From: Antechinus flavipes
Lineage: Eukaryota
Reading direction: 5' to 3'
Length of the DNA stretch: 59,975 nt
NCBI RefSeq assembly: GCF_016432865.1
Contig: NC_067403.1
Location: 256,622,026-256,682,000, forward strand
Shown: positions 47,869-59,470 of the stretch, one piece after another
Numbering within the stretch: position 1 is the first letter of the stretch
Layout of the letters: each line of letters starts with the position of its first letter
Program-made: the position numbers and the translations under genes
Notes under the pieces: generated by a model
The model's database searches: none
The model's input: the letters and a program-made list of their open reading frames with translations, nothing else
Told to the model about the DNA's origin: nothing

Positions 47869-48040
47869 GGGGCCGCTGGGTGGGGCAGTGGGTAGAGCAC
47901 CAGCCCTGAAGTCAAGAAGACCCGAGTTCAAATCCAGCCTCAGACACTTAGCACGTCCTGTCTGTGTGACCCTGGGCAAGTCACTTAACCCGACTGCCTC
48001 AGCAAAAAAAAAAAAAAGAGAGAGAGAGAGAGAGAGAAAG
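47869..48040 (+). mobile_element. WSINE1-type SINE with (A)n(AG)n tail
   Basis: ggggccgctgggtggggcagtgggtagagcaccagccctgaagtcaagaagacccgagttcaaatcc... Confidence 0.85.
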
Positions 48041-49027
48041 AATAGCACCTGCCTCCCCGAGCGGTGTTGACGATCAAGTGAGCTAAAACCCAGCGCTTTG
48101 CACCTCTTCAATGACATATCAATACTGGGAGTGATCAGTAATATTTTTAGCTCTTTTTCTCTGACTCCCGGCGGCGAGTGCTGTCTCCCTCCCCGGCTGC
48201 CTCCTTTACACTGACATCACTGTTCCTCGCAGTCACTCGTGTGTTTGTCCTTCTTCCTGAAAGCCCCCACCCACACGCAAACCAGACGTAAACTCCTGGA
48301 AGCGGGATCTCTGTCATCTGTAATTACAGGAAGGATTGCGAACGTGTTGTCAGGGAGACTTGGATTCCCGCGAGCTATACGCCCCCCCCCCAGTCACTTA
48401 GCCTCCGTGCCTCAGTTTCCTTATCTGAAAAAGAGGGGATGGGGCCTGTGGCCTCCAAGGCCCCTCTCAGCTCCGACGCTAACAGCTTTTTTTTTTTTTT
48501 TTTGGCCTGGCATGTAAATCCAAGGCCTCGGGTCGTCAGCCTCGCTCCCTCTCCCAGACTCCCTGAAGTCCGGTTTCCTGGCGGGGGCCCAGGAGGCCGC
48601 GGATGGCCTTGGCGCCTTTGCTATCTGCCCGAGCTGTCAGCGCTCCCGCGACCTCGGCCGGCTTCAAGGCCGCTGGGACCGACTGTTCCCATCCTCCCTT
48701 CCTGCTTGGGCCGGATCCCCCCTTATCCCCCCATGGTCGGAGGCTCCCGTTAGCCGCAGCCGGGCTTGGCCCCTCTGGTTTTCCCGGGGCACGGCAGCTG
48801 CCGTGAGATGGGCGCGGGTGAGAGCGGGGAGAAGGCGACGGCAAAGGTGGCCAAGCAGCCTTGGGCAGAGTCCAGCAGCCCTCCCAGCAGGGGACTCCGC
48901 CTCCCGGAGCACCCTCCGCTCCTCCCACCATCCCACCCTTCCACACACACAGTGGTGACAGATGAATGAATGTTTATCGGATTCACAGAATTGATGCTGA
49001 CTTGAGGGGATAAAGAGAGGAAAAATC

Positions 49028-49138
49028 AGGGCGGTGGATAGAGCACCTGCTTTCAAGTAGCCCTCAGACACTTCATACTTAATACCGTGTGACCCTGGGC
49101 AAGTCACTTAACCCCAATTGCCTCAGGGAAAAAAAACA
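49028..49138 (+). mobile_element. WSINE1-type SINE (internally deleted)
   Basis: ggtggatagagcac...tgtgaccctgggcaagtcacttaaccccaattgcctc. Confidence 0.7.
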
Positions 49139-50271
49139 AGAAAAATCTCAAAGAAAAGCCCAACAGAACTGGCCCTCTGTTTCTGTGGCTTCGAGGGAGA
49201 AGAGAGAGGCAGAGTCGTCCCCGAGGTCTCAGCCAAAGGTAACTGGGAGGATATTGATGTTATTGCCATTGACCAGGAAGTTCAGAAGAAGCTGGTTTTC
49301 CCAACATTCCCCACTTCTGCCACCGGCGTGTTCCCAAACTCGCCCTCCCATCCCTGGGCTGGGGTCTCAGCTAATTACATCCATGTATGTAATGACTGTG
49401 TGCATGTGATGTATGTAATATATGACTATAGGGTGGTGTTTATACATCCAAACACACATGGAATGACACAATTACATAATAGGGTCGTGGGGTTAGACCG
49501 AAGGGGCTTCCCCAGCGTCACCCCCAAGCCCTGGCGGCGCGTTCTCCGTTATCACTTACCCATCAAAGGCCGCTCGGCGTTAGCAGAGAGGTTTACAGCA
49601 GAGGCCTGGCGAGCACAGCTGCTACAAGGCCCCCCTCCTCCCCGTCTCCCTGACAATCGGGGCCCAATCCCACGGAGCGTATCCCGGGAAGGGAAAAACA
49701 GACTGAATGGAAGCGTTCTTCCTGAAAACACCAGAGATGCGGCAAAACTCGGAGGGACGAAAACGAGAGGCAGAACAACATAAAAAGGCAGCCGCCGTCG
49801 ACGACCGGAGGAGACGGAGGCAGGACATACGCTGCTTACGGGCCCCCACACAGTCCTGTCTTCCTTACGGGGCGGAAGGAAGTCTAATTCACAGAGGATC
49901 CGGGCAGGTCCTGTTGTGTTTCGGTCCTATTAAAGGAAAAATGGAAAAGGAGGGGAAGAGGGGTGCATTATGGGAGGGGGGAAGAGAGGAAGAATGGGGG
50001 AAACGAAGAAGTCTCTAACCACGAGTAAGGGGTGACAGAAAGAGAGGCCGAGTTGTCCCTGCGGTCCTTAGCCAAAGGTAACTGGAGGATATTGATGTTA
50101 TTGCCATTGACCAGGAAGTTCAGAAGAAGCTGCGTTTTTGATTGGAGCAAACGATACTTGAACTTTACTTTCATCTGAATTAGTGAGAGGAGGGAAATCA
50201 CACACACAAATGGGGGCAGAAATACATTTCACTCAGTCGAGAGAAAGGGAAGAAGGGGAGCCCCAGGGGGA

Positions 50272-50490
50272 GGGCAGCTGGGTAGCTCAGAGAGCTGGGC
50301 CTGAAATCAGGGAGTTTAATCAAATCTGACCTTCCACTTTTCCTAGCTGTGAGAGTCTGGACAAGTCTCTGAATCCTGCTTGCCTCAGTTTCCTCAGCTG
50401 TAAAATGAGGCGGGGAAGGAAATGGCAAACCACTGGAGTATCTTCGCCAAATAGGGTTGCAAAGGGTTGGACTCGATCGACTAAGACGAT
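50272..50490 (+). mobile_element. Mar1-type CORE-SINE
   Basis: gggcagctgggtagctc...gcctcagtttcctcagctgtaaaatgag...ggaaatggcaaaccactggagtatc. Confidence 0.65.
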
Positions 50491-50750
50491 TGAATGATCG
50501 GGGAATGGTGAGGAGGTTATAGTATATCGGGGGAGGGGGGGAGAGAATACTATTGTGAGAAATGATGAAGGAGCTGATTTTAGAGAAAGCATGAACTGAT
50601 GGAAAGTGAGAAGATTTGGAGAGTGACGACACTATTGTAAAGGGAAACAACTTTGGAAGTCTTAGGAGTCCAAGTCTCACCGTTACCAGTCACGAGTCCA
50701 GAGCTTCGTGATGAAGCTTGCTGCCCAGCCCTGGGGAAAGAGGGGATGGA

Positions 50751-52090
50751 CAGAAACTGGAACCTGAGTGGCTGCCCATCAGCTGGAGAATGGCTGAGTA
50801 ATTGTGGTATATGAAGATTATGGGATATTACTGTTCTGTAAGAAATGACCAGAAGGAGGATTTCAGAGAGGTCTGGAGAGACTGACAGGAACTGATGCTG
50901 AGGGAAATGAGCGGGACCGGGAGATCATTATATACTTCAACAACAATATTATGTGATGATCCATCCTGATGGACGTGGCCTCCTCAGCAATGAGAGGATC
51001 CAAATCAGCTCCAATAGAGCAGGAATGAACTGAACCAGCTACACGCAGGGAAAGAACTCTGGGAGATGACTAGGAACCACTACATAGAATTTCCAATCCC
51101 TCTGTTTTTGTCCCCTTGCGTTTTTGATTTCCTTCACAGGTTAATTGTACGATATTTTAGAGTCCGATTCTTCTTGTGCAGTAAAATAACTGTTAGGACA
51201 TGTATGCTTATATTGGATTTAACTTATACTTTAACATATTTAACATGTATGGAACTACCTGCCATCTAGGGGAGGGGGTGGGGGGAAGGGAAAAGTGGGA
51301 ACAAAAGGTTTGGCAATGGTCAATGCTGCAAAATTACCCATGCATTGTGGTGTTCTTTTTCTTCCCAAAATGCAGCAGCTGGTAAAAACACAAATGTTTA
51401 TTTTCTCCTTCCAAAGTAGCCTAGTTAGTTGAGGCCTCTCTCTTTGCTTGGTTCCAAGAGTTCTTGCAGATTGTCCTTTGCTTTCTTCAGCCTCTAGCCA
51501 GCACAGAGATGGAATGAATCTCTTGTCTCCTTCACCTGGGGCTGGGCTAGCTTTCTGGAGAGTCTTTCAGACCAGCTTGGTCTCAGTGGGGGAGGTGCAG
51601 GAGTCCAGCCACCACAGCGCTGTGAGATGAAGATGAATCGGGTTGTGCCTCTGAGAGAACCTTCTCAATCTCCTGCTCAACTCTCTACTCATAGTTTCTT
51701 CCTCTGAAGACTCTCCTTCCGCCACCAGCAGCCAAGTGGAAAATATTCCAATGAATCACTCTTCACTGGCTTTATATAGGACTCTTCTGAGAGAATGGGA
51801 TTATGGGTTTTCTCCCATAGTGCTCTCTGGCCCTAAGAGCTTTAAGGGAGGTGGGAATTCAGATATCTCATACCAAACCCTGAAATTTCCCAAACGTGTG
51901 AACTCCAAGGAATAAAGGTGCAAACACAAGCATCGTATCAATTAGTTCTACTTAGTACCTTGCTTCAGGTTCTGGCCCAAAACATCTTCTTGTAAGATCA
52001 GATCAATAATCTATCAACTCTAATGAGTTAGCAGTTTGTAAAGTTTCCAACAATGCATATAACTGGTAAATTAAAAGCTATAATAAAAAA
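50751..52090 (+). mobile_element. 5'-truncated L1 interrupted by a solo LTR
   Basis: ORF2 end (gctgcccatcagctggagaatggctgag...), 3' UTR resumes after the LTR; TSD AAAGAGGGGATGGA at 50737-50750 and 52091-52104. Confidence 0.9.
51346..52052 (-). mobile_element. ERV solo LTR, copy 2 (inverted, ~100-bp deletion near 3' end)
   Basis: Reverse complement of copy 1; perfect 6-bp TSD ATGCAT at 51340-51345 and 52053-52058. Confidence 0.92.
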
Positions 52091-52278
52091 AAAGAGGGGA
52101 TGGATTCGAGAATACAAAGTGAGATAGTTTTTGGACTTGACCAATGAGAGAATCTGTACAATTGGATGCTCTTTGCTTGCATTGAGGATTTTGTTTTTCT
52201 TTCTTTCTGGTAAGAAGGAGAGAAAGCAGATTTTGGTGAATGAAAAAAAATAAAAGTTAACCTTGAAAAATGGAAGTT

Positions 52279-52662
52279 TCCGTGAGATGATTGAGGCCGG
52301 TTCCAGGGATCTTATATGGAAAGAGCCCTCTACACCCAGAGAGGATTGTGGGAACTGAGTGTGAATCACATCGCATTTTCACTCTTCTTGTTTGCTTGCA
52401 TTTTTTTTTTCTATTTTTTTTCCTTTTTGATTGGATTTTTCTTGTGCAGTCTGGTAATTGTATAAATATGTCTGCATATATTGGATTTAACATATATTTT
52501 AACAGTTTAACATATATTGATTACTTGCCATCTAGGGGAGAAGGAGGGAAAATTGGAACACAAGGTTTTGCAAGGGTCGGTGTTGAAAAATTATCCATGT
52601 ATGTTTTGAAAATAAAAAGCTTTAATTAAAAAAAAAGAAGAAAGCAAGGGGAAAAAAGGGGA
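52279..52662 (+). mobile_element. 5'-truncated L1 3' UTR (different subfamily)
   Basis: ccctctacacccagagaggattgtgggaactgagtgtg...aaaataaaaagctttaatt(A)n; TSD AAAAATGGAAGTT at 52266-52278 and 52663-52675. Confidence 0.85.
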
Positions 52663-53213
52663 AAAAATGGAAGTTACCCTAGACATCTGTGAGAATGAGG
52701 GTTTATTGAGTAAATTGATCAAATGACCTCACTCCACTTAAAGTAGATGTCAAGATGCATAACCTGCCATGTGAGGTTAGAACAGACGTGATTTCTTTCC
52801 TAGGTGTGACAAAGGCCTACATACTTGCCTGTATCTTTCAGGAAGTCTATCCTGATTGGATAAGAGAGTTGGCCATGCCCTTTGGCACTTGGATATAACC
52901 ATCAAGCCGGATGGAATCAGAGCGTTGTTCTAGCTACAGCACTCGGAAGAAATGGTTTTGGGGACAGCTGAGGGGAACAGATATCCAGCTCTGGGTCTTG
53001 ATTTCAGACCCCTCCCATCTTCCCACCCATCCTTTGTCTTAATCTGCAAAAGGTCAGCAGGCTTTAAGCTTTTCCCCCAAGGGTCTCTGGGACAGCTGAT
53101 GACAGAGTCTGCATCAGAAGCCAAGAACACACTGACCAGGAGGGGAGGAGCACATTTGAGACTCTGCATAGAGCCCAGCAGAAAAGCTACACCACAGTTA
53201 AGAATTATAATCT

Positions 53214-53663
53214 TTCAATCTTTTTTGTGCAGCAAGATAACTGTATAAATATGTACACATACATTGGATTGAACATATCCTTTAACATATTTAACATGTA
53301 TGGGACTACCTGCCATCTGGGGGAAGGGGTGGGGGAAGGAGGGGGAAAAGTTGGAACAGAAGGTTTTGTGAGGGTCAGTATTGAAAAATTATCCATGCAT
53401 ATGTTTTGTAAATCAAAAGCTATAATAAGGGGAAAAAGAATTATAAAATTATAATTATATATTATATTATATATAATGTTTATATATAGCTACAAATTAT
53501 ATTATATATAAAATTATAAATTATATTATATATAATTATATTTTATGCAATTATTAATGATATTATATATAAAATTATAAATTATATTATATATAATTAT
53601 ATTTTATGCAATTATTAATTATGTTATATATAAAATTATAAATTATATTATATATAATCATAA
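53214..53663 (+). mobile_element. L1 3' end with tail expanded into an AT-rich minisatellite
   Basis: L1 3' UTR 53214-53435, AT-rich repeat 53436-53663; TSD AAGAATTATAATCT at 53200-53213 and 53664-53677. Confidence 0.85.
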
Positions 53664-55394
53664 AAGAATTATAATCTCGAAAACAACAGCCAAAGGATTT
53701 AGAGGAGCTTTGTGTTGCCCTCCTGCTCTGAGCACTCTCTAAGAATAAGCCTAATTTGTCCCAAACTCTATGTTTTTGGGGGTATCACAGATTTGTGAGG
53801 GATGTTACAGAATACCTTAGTCAATACCCCTTTCTAAAAACAAAGGAAATCTGGCTGGCTAATTGATATCAATGGTCAAACATAGTAGGGACACCCTGGT
53901 GGGAGCTCAGAGCTCAGCCACATGGCACAGTGAACGGAACCCTGGGCCTGGAGTCAGAAAATCACGAGTTCCAGTCCAATCTCAGAAATGTATTAGCTAT
54001 AGGATCGTCATCTCTATTTACCTCAGTTTCTTCAACGATAAAATGGGGACAGATAAAAGCACCCACTTTGCAAAGTTGTTATGAGAATCAAATGAGCTAA
54101 TGTTTGTGAGATGTGACACATAGTAGGGGCTTTATGAATACTTGATTTCTTCCCCTTCTGTTAGAAAGCGAACCCTGGGGCCTGGAGAAGAGAGTTGGGG
54201 TCCTGGCTGGGCGGGGATAGCCCTGAAGCGCTTCCTTTTTGTCCTGTCGGTGGGTGAGGGCAGGAGGCTCCTGGGTGACTGACCCCATCCCTGTGGGCAC
54301 CCCCCCTGCTTTAGTGCTCCAGGGTTGGGCGACTCTCCAAACTCTGAGTTGCAGAGAAGACTTTGGTCTCTGTGGGGAGAGAGAGAGTTTCCCCATCTGG
54401 AAGTTCCCGGTCCCTAATTCCCCACAGACCAGGAAAGGTGCTCCCCATTCGGGGATCAGTTTGGCAAACCCTACCGTCTGCGGTTCCCGTAGGGGCCACA
54501 CGGTGGCGCTCAGATCACGCCACCGTCTGCTTCGCTCTTCCTCCTGAGCTCACAGATTCAGCATTTGAACAGCAACGGATCCGAGGGGAAGGCAGAGATT
54601 GGGGATGGGAGGGGGGTCTCAAAGCCCCGCCGCCCTCTGGGCTCCCTGGGAGGGGATGAAAGGATGGATGGCCAGAGAGAGCTCCAGACCCCGGGCTCCT
54701 ACTGCTTGTCAGCTGCTTTGGGATTAATTAGCAGGGGAGAAACACACAAGGACTCAGTTATAACTAGGTCATTCATTCATTCATTCGTTCACTAAGCACC
54801 TACTATGTGCCAGGTACTGAAAACAAAAATGAAAATAGTCCTGACCCAAGGACTTGGGACAGAATTGCAGGGGAAACAACATAAACACAAAATATTAAAA
54901 ATTAATTTTGGGGGGAGGATGAAGGCACTAGGAATTAGAAGGTGACCTCCTTGAGGGCAGGGGAAATTTTTGCTTTTCTTAGTATTTCTAATATTTGACA
55001 CAATTCCTGGCACAGGTTTGTTGACTGACTAATGGGCATCGGGGTAGCCTTATGGAGAAGCTGGCCCATGGGCTGAGCTTTGTACAAGGCCAAAGTGAAG
55101 GAAGAAGGGAAGGAGGGCACCCCCTCCTCCCTCCCCCCCCCCCCGTATAGGGGGCAAACCTTGGCAAGGCATAGGGATGAATAATTATATATTAGAGCAT
55201 TAGGGGCTAGCTAGTTAAGCTCCTTCATTTTACCCATAAGACACCAAGGCCCGGAGAGTTGACTGATTTATCCAACGTCACAGAGGTAGTGAGTAGCAGG
55301 GCCAAGGTTTGAACTCAAGCCCTCTGGCCCCAAGTAGTTTGGTCTTTCCTCTGCACAGATGGTCACTCGGAGAAGAAATCGTGGGCCATTTTGG

Positions 55395-55665
55395 CAGGAG
55401 CCGGCCACGTGCCGGATCCAGGTACGACACGCTTGGGAGAGCCGATTATTAAATTTTCATTGGAAACATCAGCACCCGGGACGTCGGCAAATGCTTCCAA
55501 TTGGGCTTATCGTTTCACCGATTATTTCAATTTAAGAAAGTGATGGGGAAATGAATATAATGAGATTCAACTTATAAGTTTATGCTACTCGGTTTTTTTT
55601 CTTTTTCTTTTTCTTTTTTTTTTTTTTTTGAGAGCAGACTGTTAAACTTTTACCATTGCTCCTCC
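55395..55665. mobile_element. Degenerate hAT-type (MER63-like) DNA transposon remnant
   Basis: ggagccggc...gagagccgattattaaattttca...tcggcaaatgct...ctgttaaact; resemblance from memory, not aligned. Confidence 0.4.
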
Positions 55666-56050
55666 GGCTGATCCACAGAAGTACCCGGAGAATAATGTTC
55701 AGCAAGCCTGCAGAGATAAGCTTCCAAGGGCCTCCTGGATATGTCCCACCAAGAAGCTGGTCGGGCTGAGAATTGGGGGCGGCAGGAGAGTGCAGAGGTT
55801 AGCTAACGTGCGGACCCTACCCTTCTGGGGCTCACGTAGTAAGGAGGTGGTTCGCTAAGGTGGGGATGCCCTTCGCCATCACAGATCACAAGCTGTCTAC
55901 GACCTAGGGAGTGACCTTTGAGAGGGGCTGCATCCAAGGCCAAGCTGGCACTGAGGCGAGCACAAAGAGCCCGGATGGCTTCAGGAAAATGATGCCAAAA
56001 GATGCAACTGGCTCTTGCTGAAGCTGTAGGACAGAAATACACTCATACAA

Positions 56051-56064
56051 CCAGCAGGTGGCGA
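56051..56064 (+). promoter_or_regulatory. CTCF consensus motif
   Basis: CCAGCAGGTGGCGA. Confidence 0.65.
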
Positions 56065-56099
56065 CGTGAATTGATCCAGCTATTCGAGAAAGCAATTTT

Positions 56100-56613
56100 A
56101 AAAACAATTTTTATTGAAGCTTTTTATTTACAAAAATATGCACAGGAAATTTTTCCAACATTGACCCTTGAAAAACCTTCTGTTCCAAATTTTCCCTCCT
56201 TCCCCCACCCCCTCCCCTAGATGGCGGGTAGTCCAATACATGTTAACATGTTAAATATGTTAAAGTATATGTTAAATCCAATCTATGTCCACATTTATAC
56301 AGTTATCTGGTGACGCAAGAAAAATCAGATCAAAAAGGAAGACAAAGAAAAACTGAGAAAGAAAACACAACGCAAGCAAATAACAACAGAGAGAGTGAAA
56401 ACGCTAGGTTGTGGTCCACCCTCTGTTCCCACAATCCTCTCTCTGGGTGTAGATGGCTCTCTTCATCACTGAACAAGTGCAACTGGTCTGAATCACCTCA
56501 ATGTTGAAGAGAGCCACGTCTATCACAATTGGTCATCGTACAGTCTTGTTGTTGCGTGTACAATGACCTCCTGGTTCTGCTCACTTCACTTTGCATCTGT
56601 TCATGTAAGTCTC
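56100..56613 (-). mobile_element. 5'-truncated L1 (stack element 1)
   Basis: tttttattgaagctttttattt...ctcctggttctgctcacttcac; bounded by GAAAGCAATTTT copies. Confidence 0.88.
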
Positions 56614-56628
56614 CTGGAAAGCAATTTT

Positions 56629-57016
56629 CTTTTTTCTTTTTTTTAAATTTTTTAAAATAACTTTTTATTGACAGAATCCATGCCTGGGTAATTTTTTACA
56701 GCATTATCCCTTGCACTCACTTCTGTTCTGATTTTTCCCCTCCCTCCCTTCTCTCCCTTCCCCAGATGGCAAGCAGTCCTTTACATGTTGAATAGGTTAC
56801 AGTATATCCTAGATACAATATACGTGTGCAGAACCGAACAGTTCTCTTGTTGCCCAGGGAGAATTGGATTCAGAAGGTAGAAATAACCCGGGAAGAAAAA
56901 CAAAAATGCAAGCAGTTTATATTCATTTCCCAGTGTTCTTTCTTTGGGTGTAGCTGCTTCTGTCCATCCTTGATCCATTGAAACTGAATTAGCTCTCTTT
57001 ATCGAAGAGATCTACT
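56629..57016 (-). mobile_element. 5'-truncated L1 (stack element 2)
   Basis: Poly-T then ttattgacagaatccatgcc...ctctttatcgaagagat; same subfamily as the 43-kb L1. Confidence 0.88.
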
Positions 57017-57031
57017 CTGGAAAGCAATTTT

Positions 57032-57580
57032 CTTTTTTTTTTTTTAATTTTTATTTAATAATTACTTTATATTGACACTCGTTTCTGTTCCAATTTTTTT
57101 TCCCTCCCTCCCTCCACCCCCTCCCCTAGATGGCAAGCAGTCCTTTATATGTTGGATATGTTGCAGTATATCCTAGATACAATATATGTTTGCAGAACCG
57201 AACAGTTCTCTTGTTGCATAGGGAGAATTGGATTCAGAAGGTATAAATAACCCGGGAAGAAAAACAAAAATGCAGATAGTTCACATTCGTTTCCCAGTGT
57301 TCTTTCTTTGGGTGTAGCTGCTTTTGTCCATCATTTATCAATTGAAACTCAGATCTCTTTGTCAAAGAAATCTCCTTCCATCAAAATATGTCCTCATACA
57401 ATATCGTTGTCGAAGTGTATAATGATCTCCTGGTTCTGCTCATTTCACTTAGCATGTAAGTCTCGCCAGTCCTCTCTGTATTCATCCTGCTGGTCATTTC
57501 TTACAGAACAATAATATTCCATAACATTCATATACCATAATTTACCCAGCCATTCTCCAATTGATGGGCATCCATTCATT
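57032..57580 (-). mobile_element. 5'-truncated L1 (stack element 3)
   Basis: Poly-T; includes ORF2 tail MNGCPSIGEWLGKLWYMNVMEYY. Confidence 0.88.
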
Positions 57581-57849
57581 TGGAAAGCAATTTTCAATCC
57601 TACTTTCCAAAAGTGACTAAAATCCATGGATCATTAATCTAGAAGGGATCTTCTGAAATTGTCTAGTCCAACTTTCTCATTTTACAGATGAGAAAATAGA
57701 GGCCCAGGGGGTAAAGTAATAGTCTCAAGGTCACAGAGAAGGCATCAAAGGCAGAATTTGAATCCAAACCCTCCATCTATTTCCTTTGATTGAGAAAGAG
57801 AAACATTAATGGACTTATATATATTCCAAGGAAGTGAGAGACAGAAAGG

Positions 57850-58130
57850 TCTCACAGATATTAAGGTAATCATAGCAATCCTTTTTGTGGAAACAAAGAA
57901 TTAGAAACCAGTTAGAAAGAAAGGATCGGTTAGAGAATTGCCAGACAAATTATGGTCCATGAATATGATGGAATATCACTCTGCTATAAGAAATGATGGA
58001 TATGAAGGATTCAGATCAATATGAACTTATCTGAACTAATGAAGAGAAAATAATTAGGATTAAGAAAGCAACATCAGTGTCTACAACGAGATAAACAGAA
58101 AGAACAAAAGGGTTAAGGTGTCATTTTAAT
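57850..58130 (+). mobile_element. Old, degraded L1 ORF2 3' fragment
   Basis: ctttttgtggaaacaaagaattagaaacc...acaaattatggtccatgaatatgatggaatatcactctgctataagaaatga. Confidence 0.55.
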
Positions 58131-58479
58131 GACCACTATTGATTGGTCCTAGAAGAAGGTTGGAAAAAACGCACCTCCCTCTTTGTCTTTGCAGAGGTGG
58201 AGGACTAGGGATACGTGACGTTGCATTTACTGTTAAAAATCGATATTCTGGTTGGTTTGCTGAATTATTTTTTCCCCTTCTTTAAAAAAAAAAAACATTT
58301 GTTATAAAGGATGGCTCATTGGGTAGGGCGAGGGAGCGAGAGATTTGGCAACGCAAGAAATCTACCGATAGGTAAGTAAAAGTATGGGAAATGTTTTTAA
58401 AAACAAAGAACAGGCTACACTAGACTAACCTTACTTTTTTATTCATATGATTTCTAGCCAATCATGTTTAGCAAAGCAT

Positions 58480-59470
58480 TTGAGAAAGTCTATTGGGCAG
58501 AAAATTAAATGAAGTGGGCTGGACAATAATAAAATTGTCAAAACTGGTGGAATAGACACTCTCAAGGTGGCTCGATGTTAACTTGGAAAGAAGTCTACAG
58601 AGGGGCGTCTTGGAGATCTTTATGGCTTGGAAAAAAGCATCAACTTATCAAATTTCAGATGTCTTGGCCTAGATTTGGAGGGGGAAATTCAATCATCTTA
58701 TGAATAAGGTCAATGGATTATTAAATTAAAAAGGATGGGCATTTGGCCGTCTCTTTTAGATCAAAGACAAACACTTCATTAAGGGTTTTTGATGAAGTAG
58801 ATTTTTTTCTTTTCTTAGGGATCATGCTTTGAGCCCAAATCGCTCTGGCTCTCATCGATTGCCCCGCAATAGGTCCCAGGCCAAGCCCCACTTGGTCATT
58901 GTGCAGGCTCTCACTTATTGTTTCTGTTTTCACTAGAGCATCTTCTCTCCCAGATTGATTTTTTTTTGAGTATAAAAGACACCATCCTCTGCCTCATTTC
59001 TTTTTTTTAAGGAAACATTTTTATTTTCAAATAAAACCGCTCCAGAATCTTTGCCAGGAAAACCACAAGTGGGATCACAAAGAAAAAGAAAAAAAAATGA
59101 AGAAAAACAACAGAAAACAGAAACCAAAAGTCTTGGCAGCCAAAGCCGTGCAAATGTGAAGTTTGTTAGGGATAAATGTAAAGTCTCTGACTCGGGTCCA
59201 AAAAATCAGCTGCACAGATAGAAGAGGGGAGCACAAGTTCCATAGTAAAGTGTCCATGAGAAACACCCGGGGATTTTGTGGATTGTAAAGTCACTCTCAG
59301 GAGTTAGGACTGTGGCCACTGGCAAAGGCTCAGGGATTGTAGATCGCATCAAAAGGCGGAGGATGTTGGACCGGGAGAATAACTATCCCTGTATTTAGAA
59401 GCGTTTCTTAATGTCCACTGTCCCAGAACAATGCTGGGCCCTGGGGACAGAAAAGGTAAAAGGGAGTAGC
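58480..59470 (+). mobile_element. Fragmented L3/CR1 LINE remnants
   Basis: gcaaagcatttgagaaagtc...acttggaaagaagtct and aaatgtaaagtctctgactcggg...aaaaatcagctgcac resemble CR1 RT 3' region. Confidence 0.45.

Noticed and set aside
41237-52052. One full provirus, or a past inversion between the LTRs
   Set aside because: LTRs are inverted with no gag/pol/env or PBS, and the L1 is continuous across copy 2 with a matching TSD.
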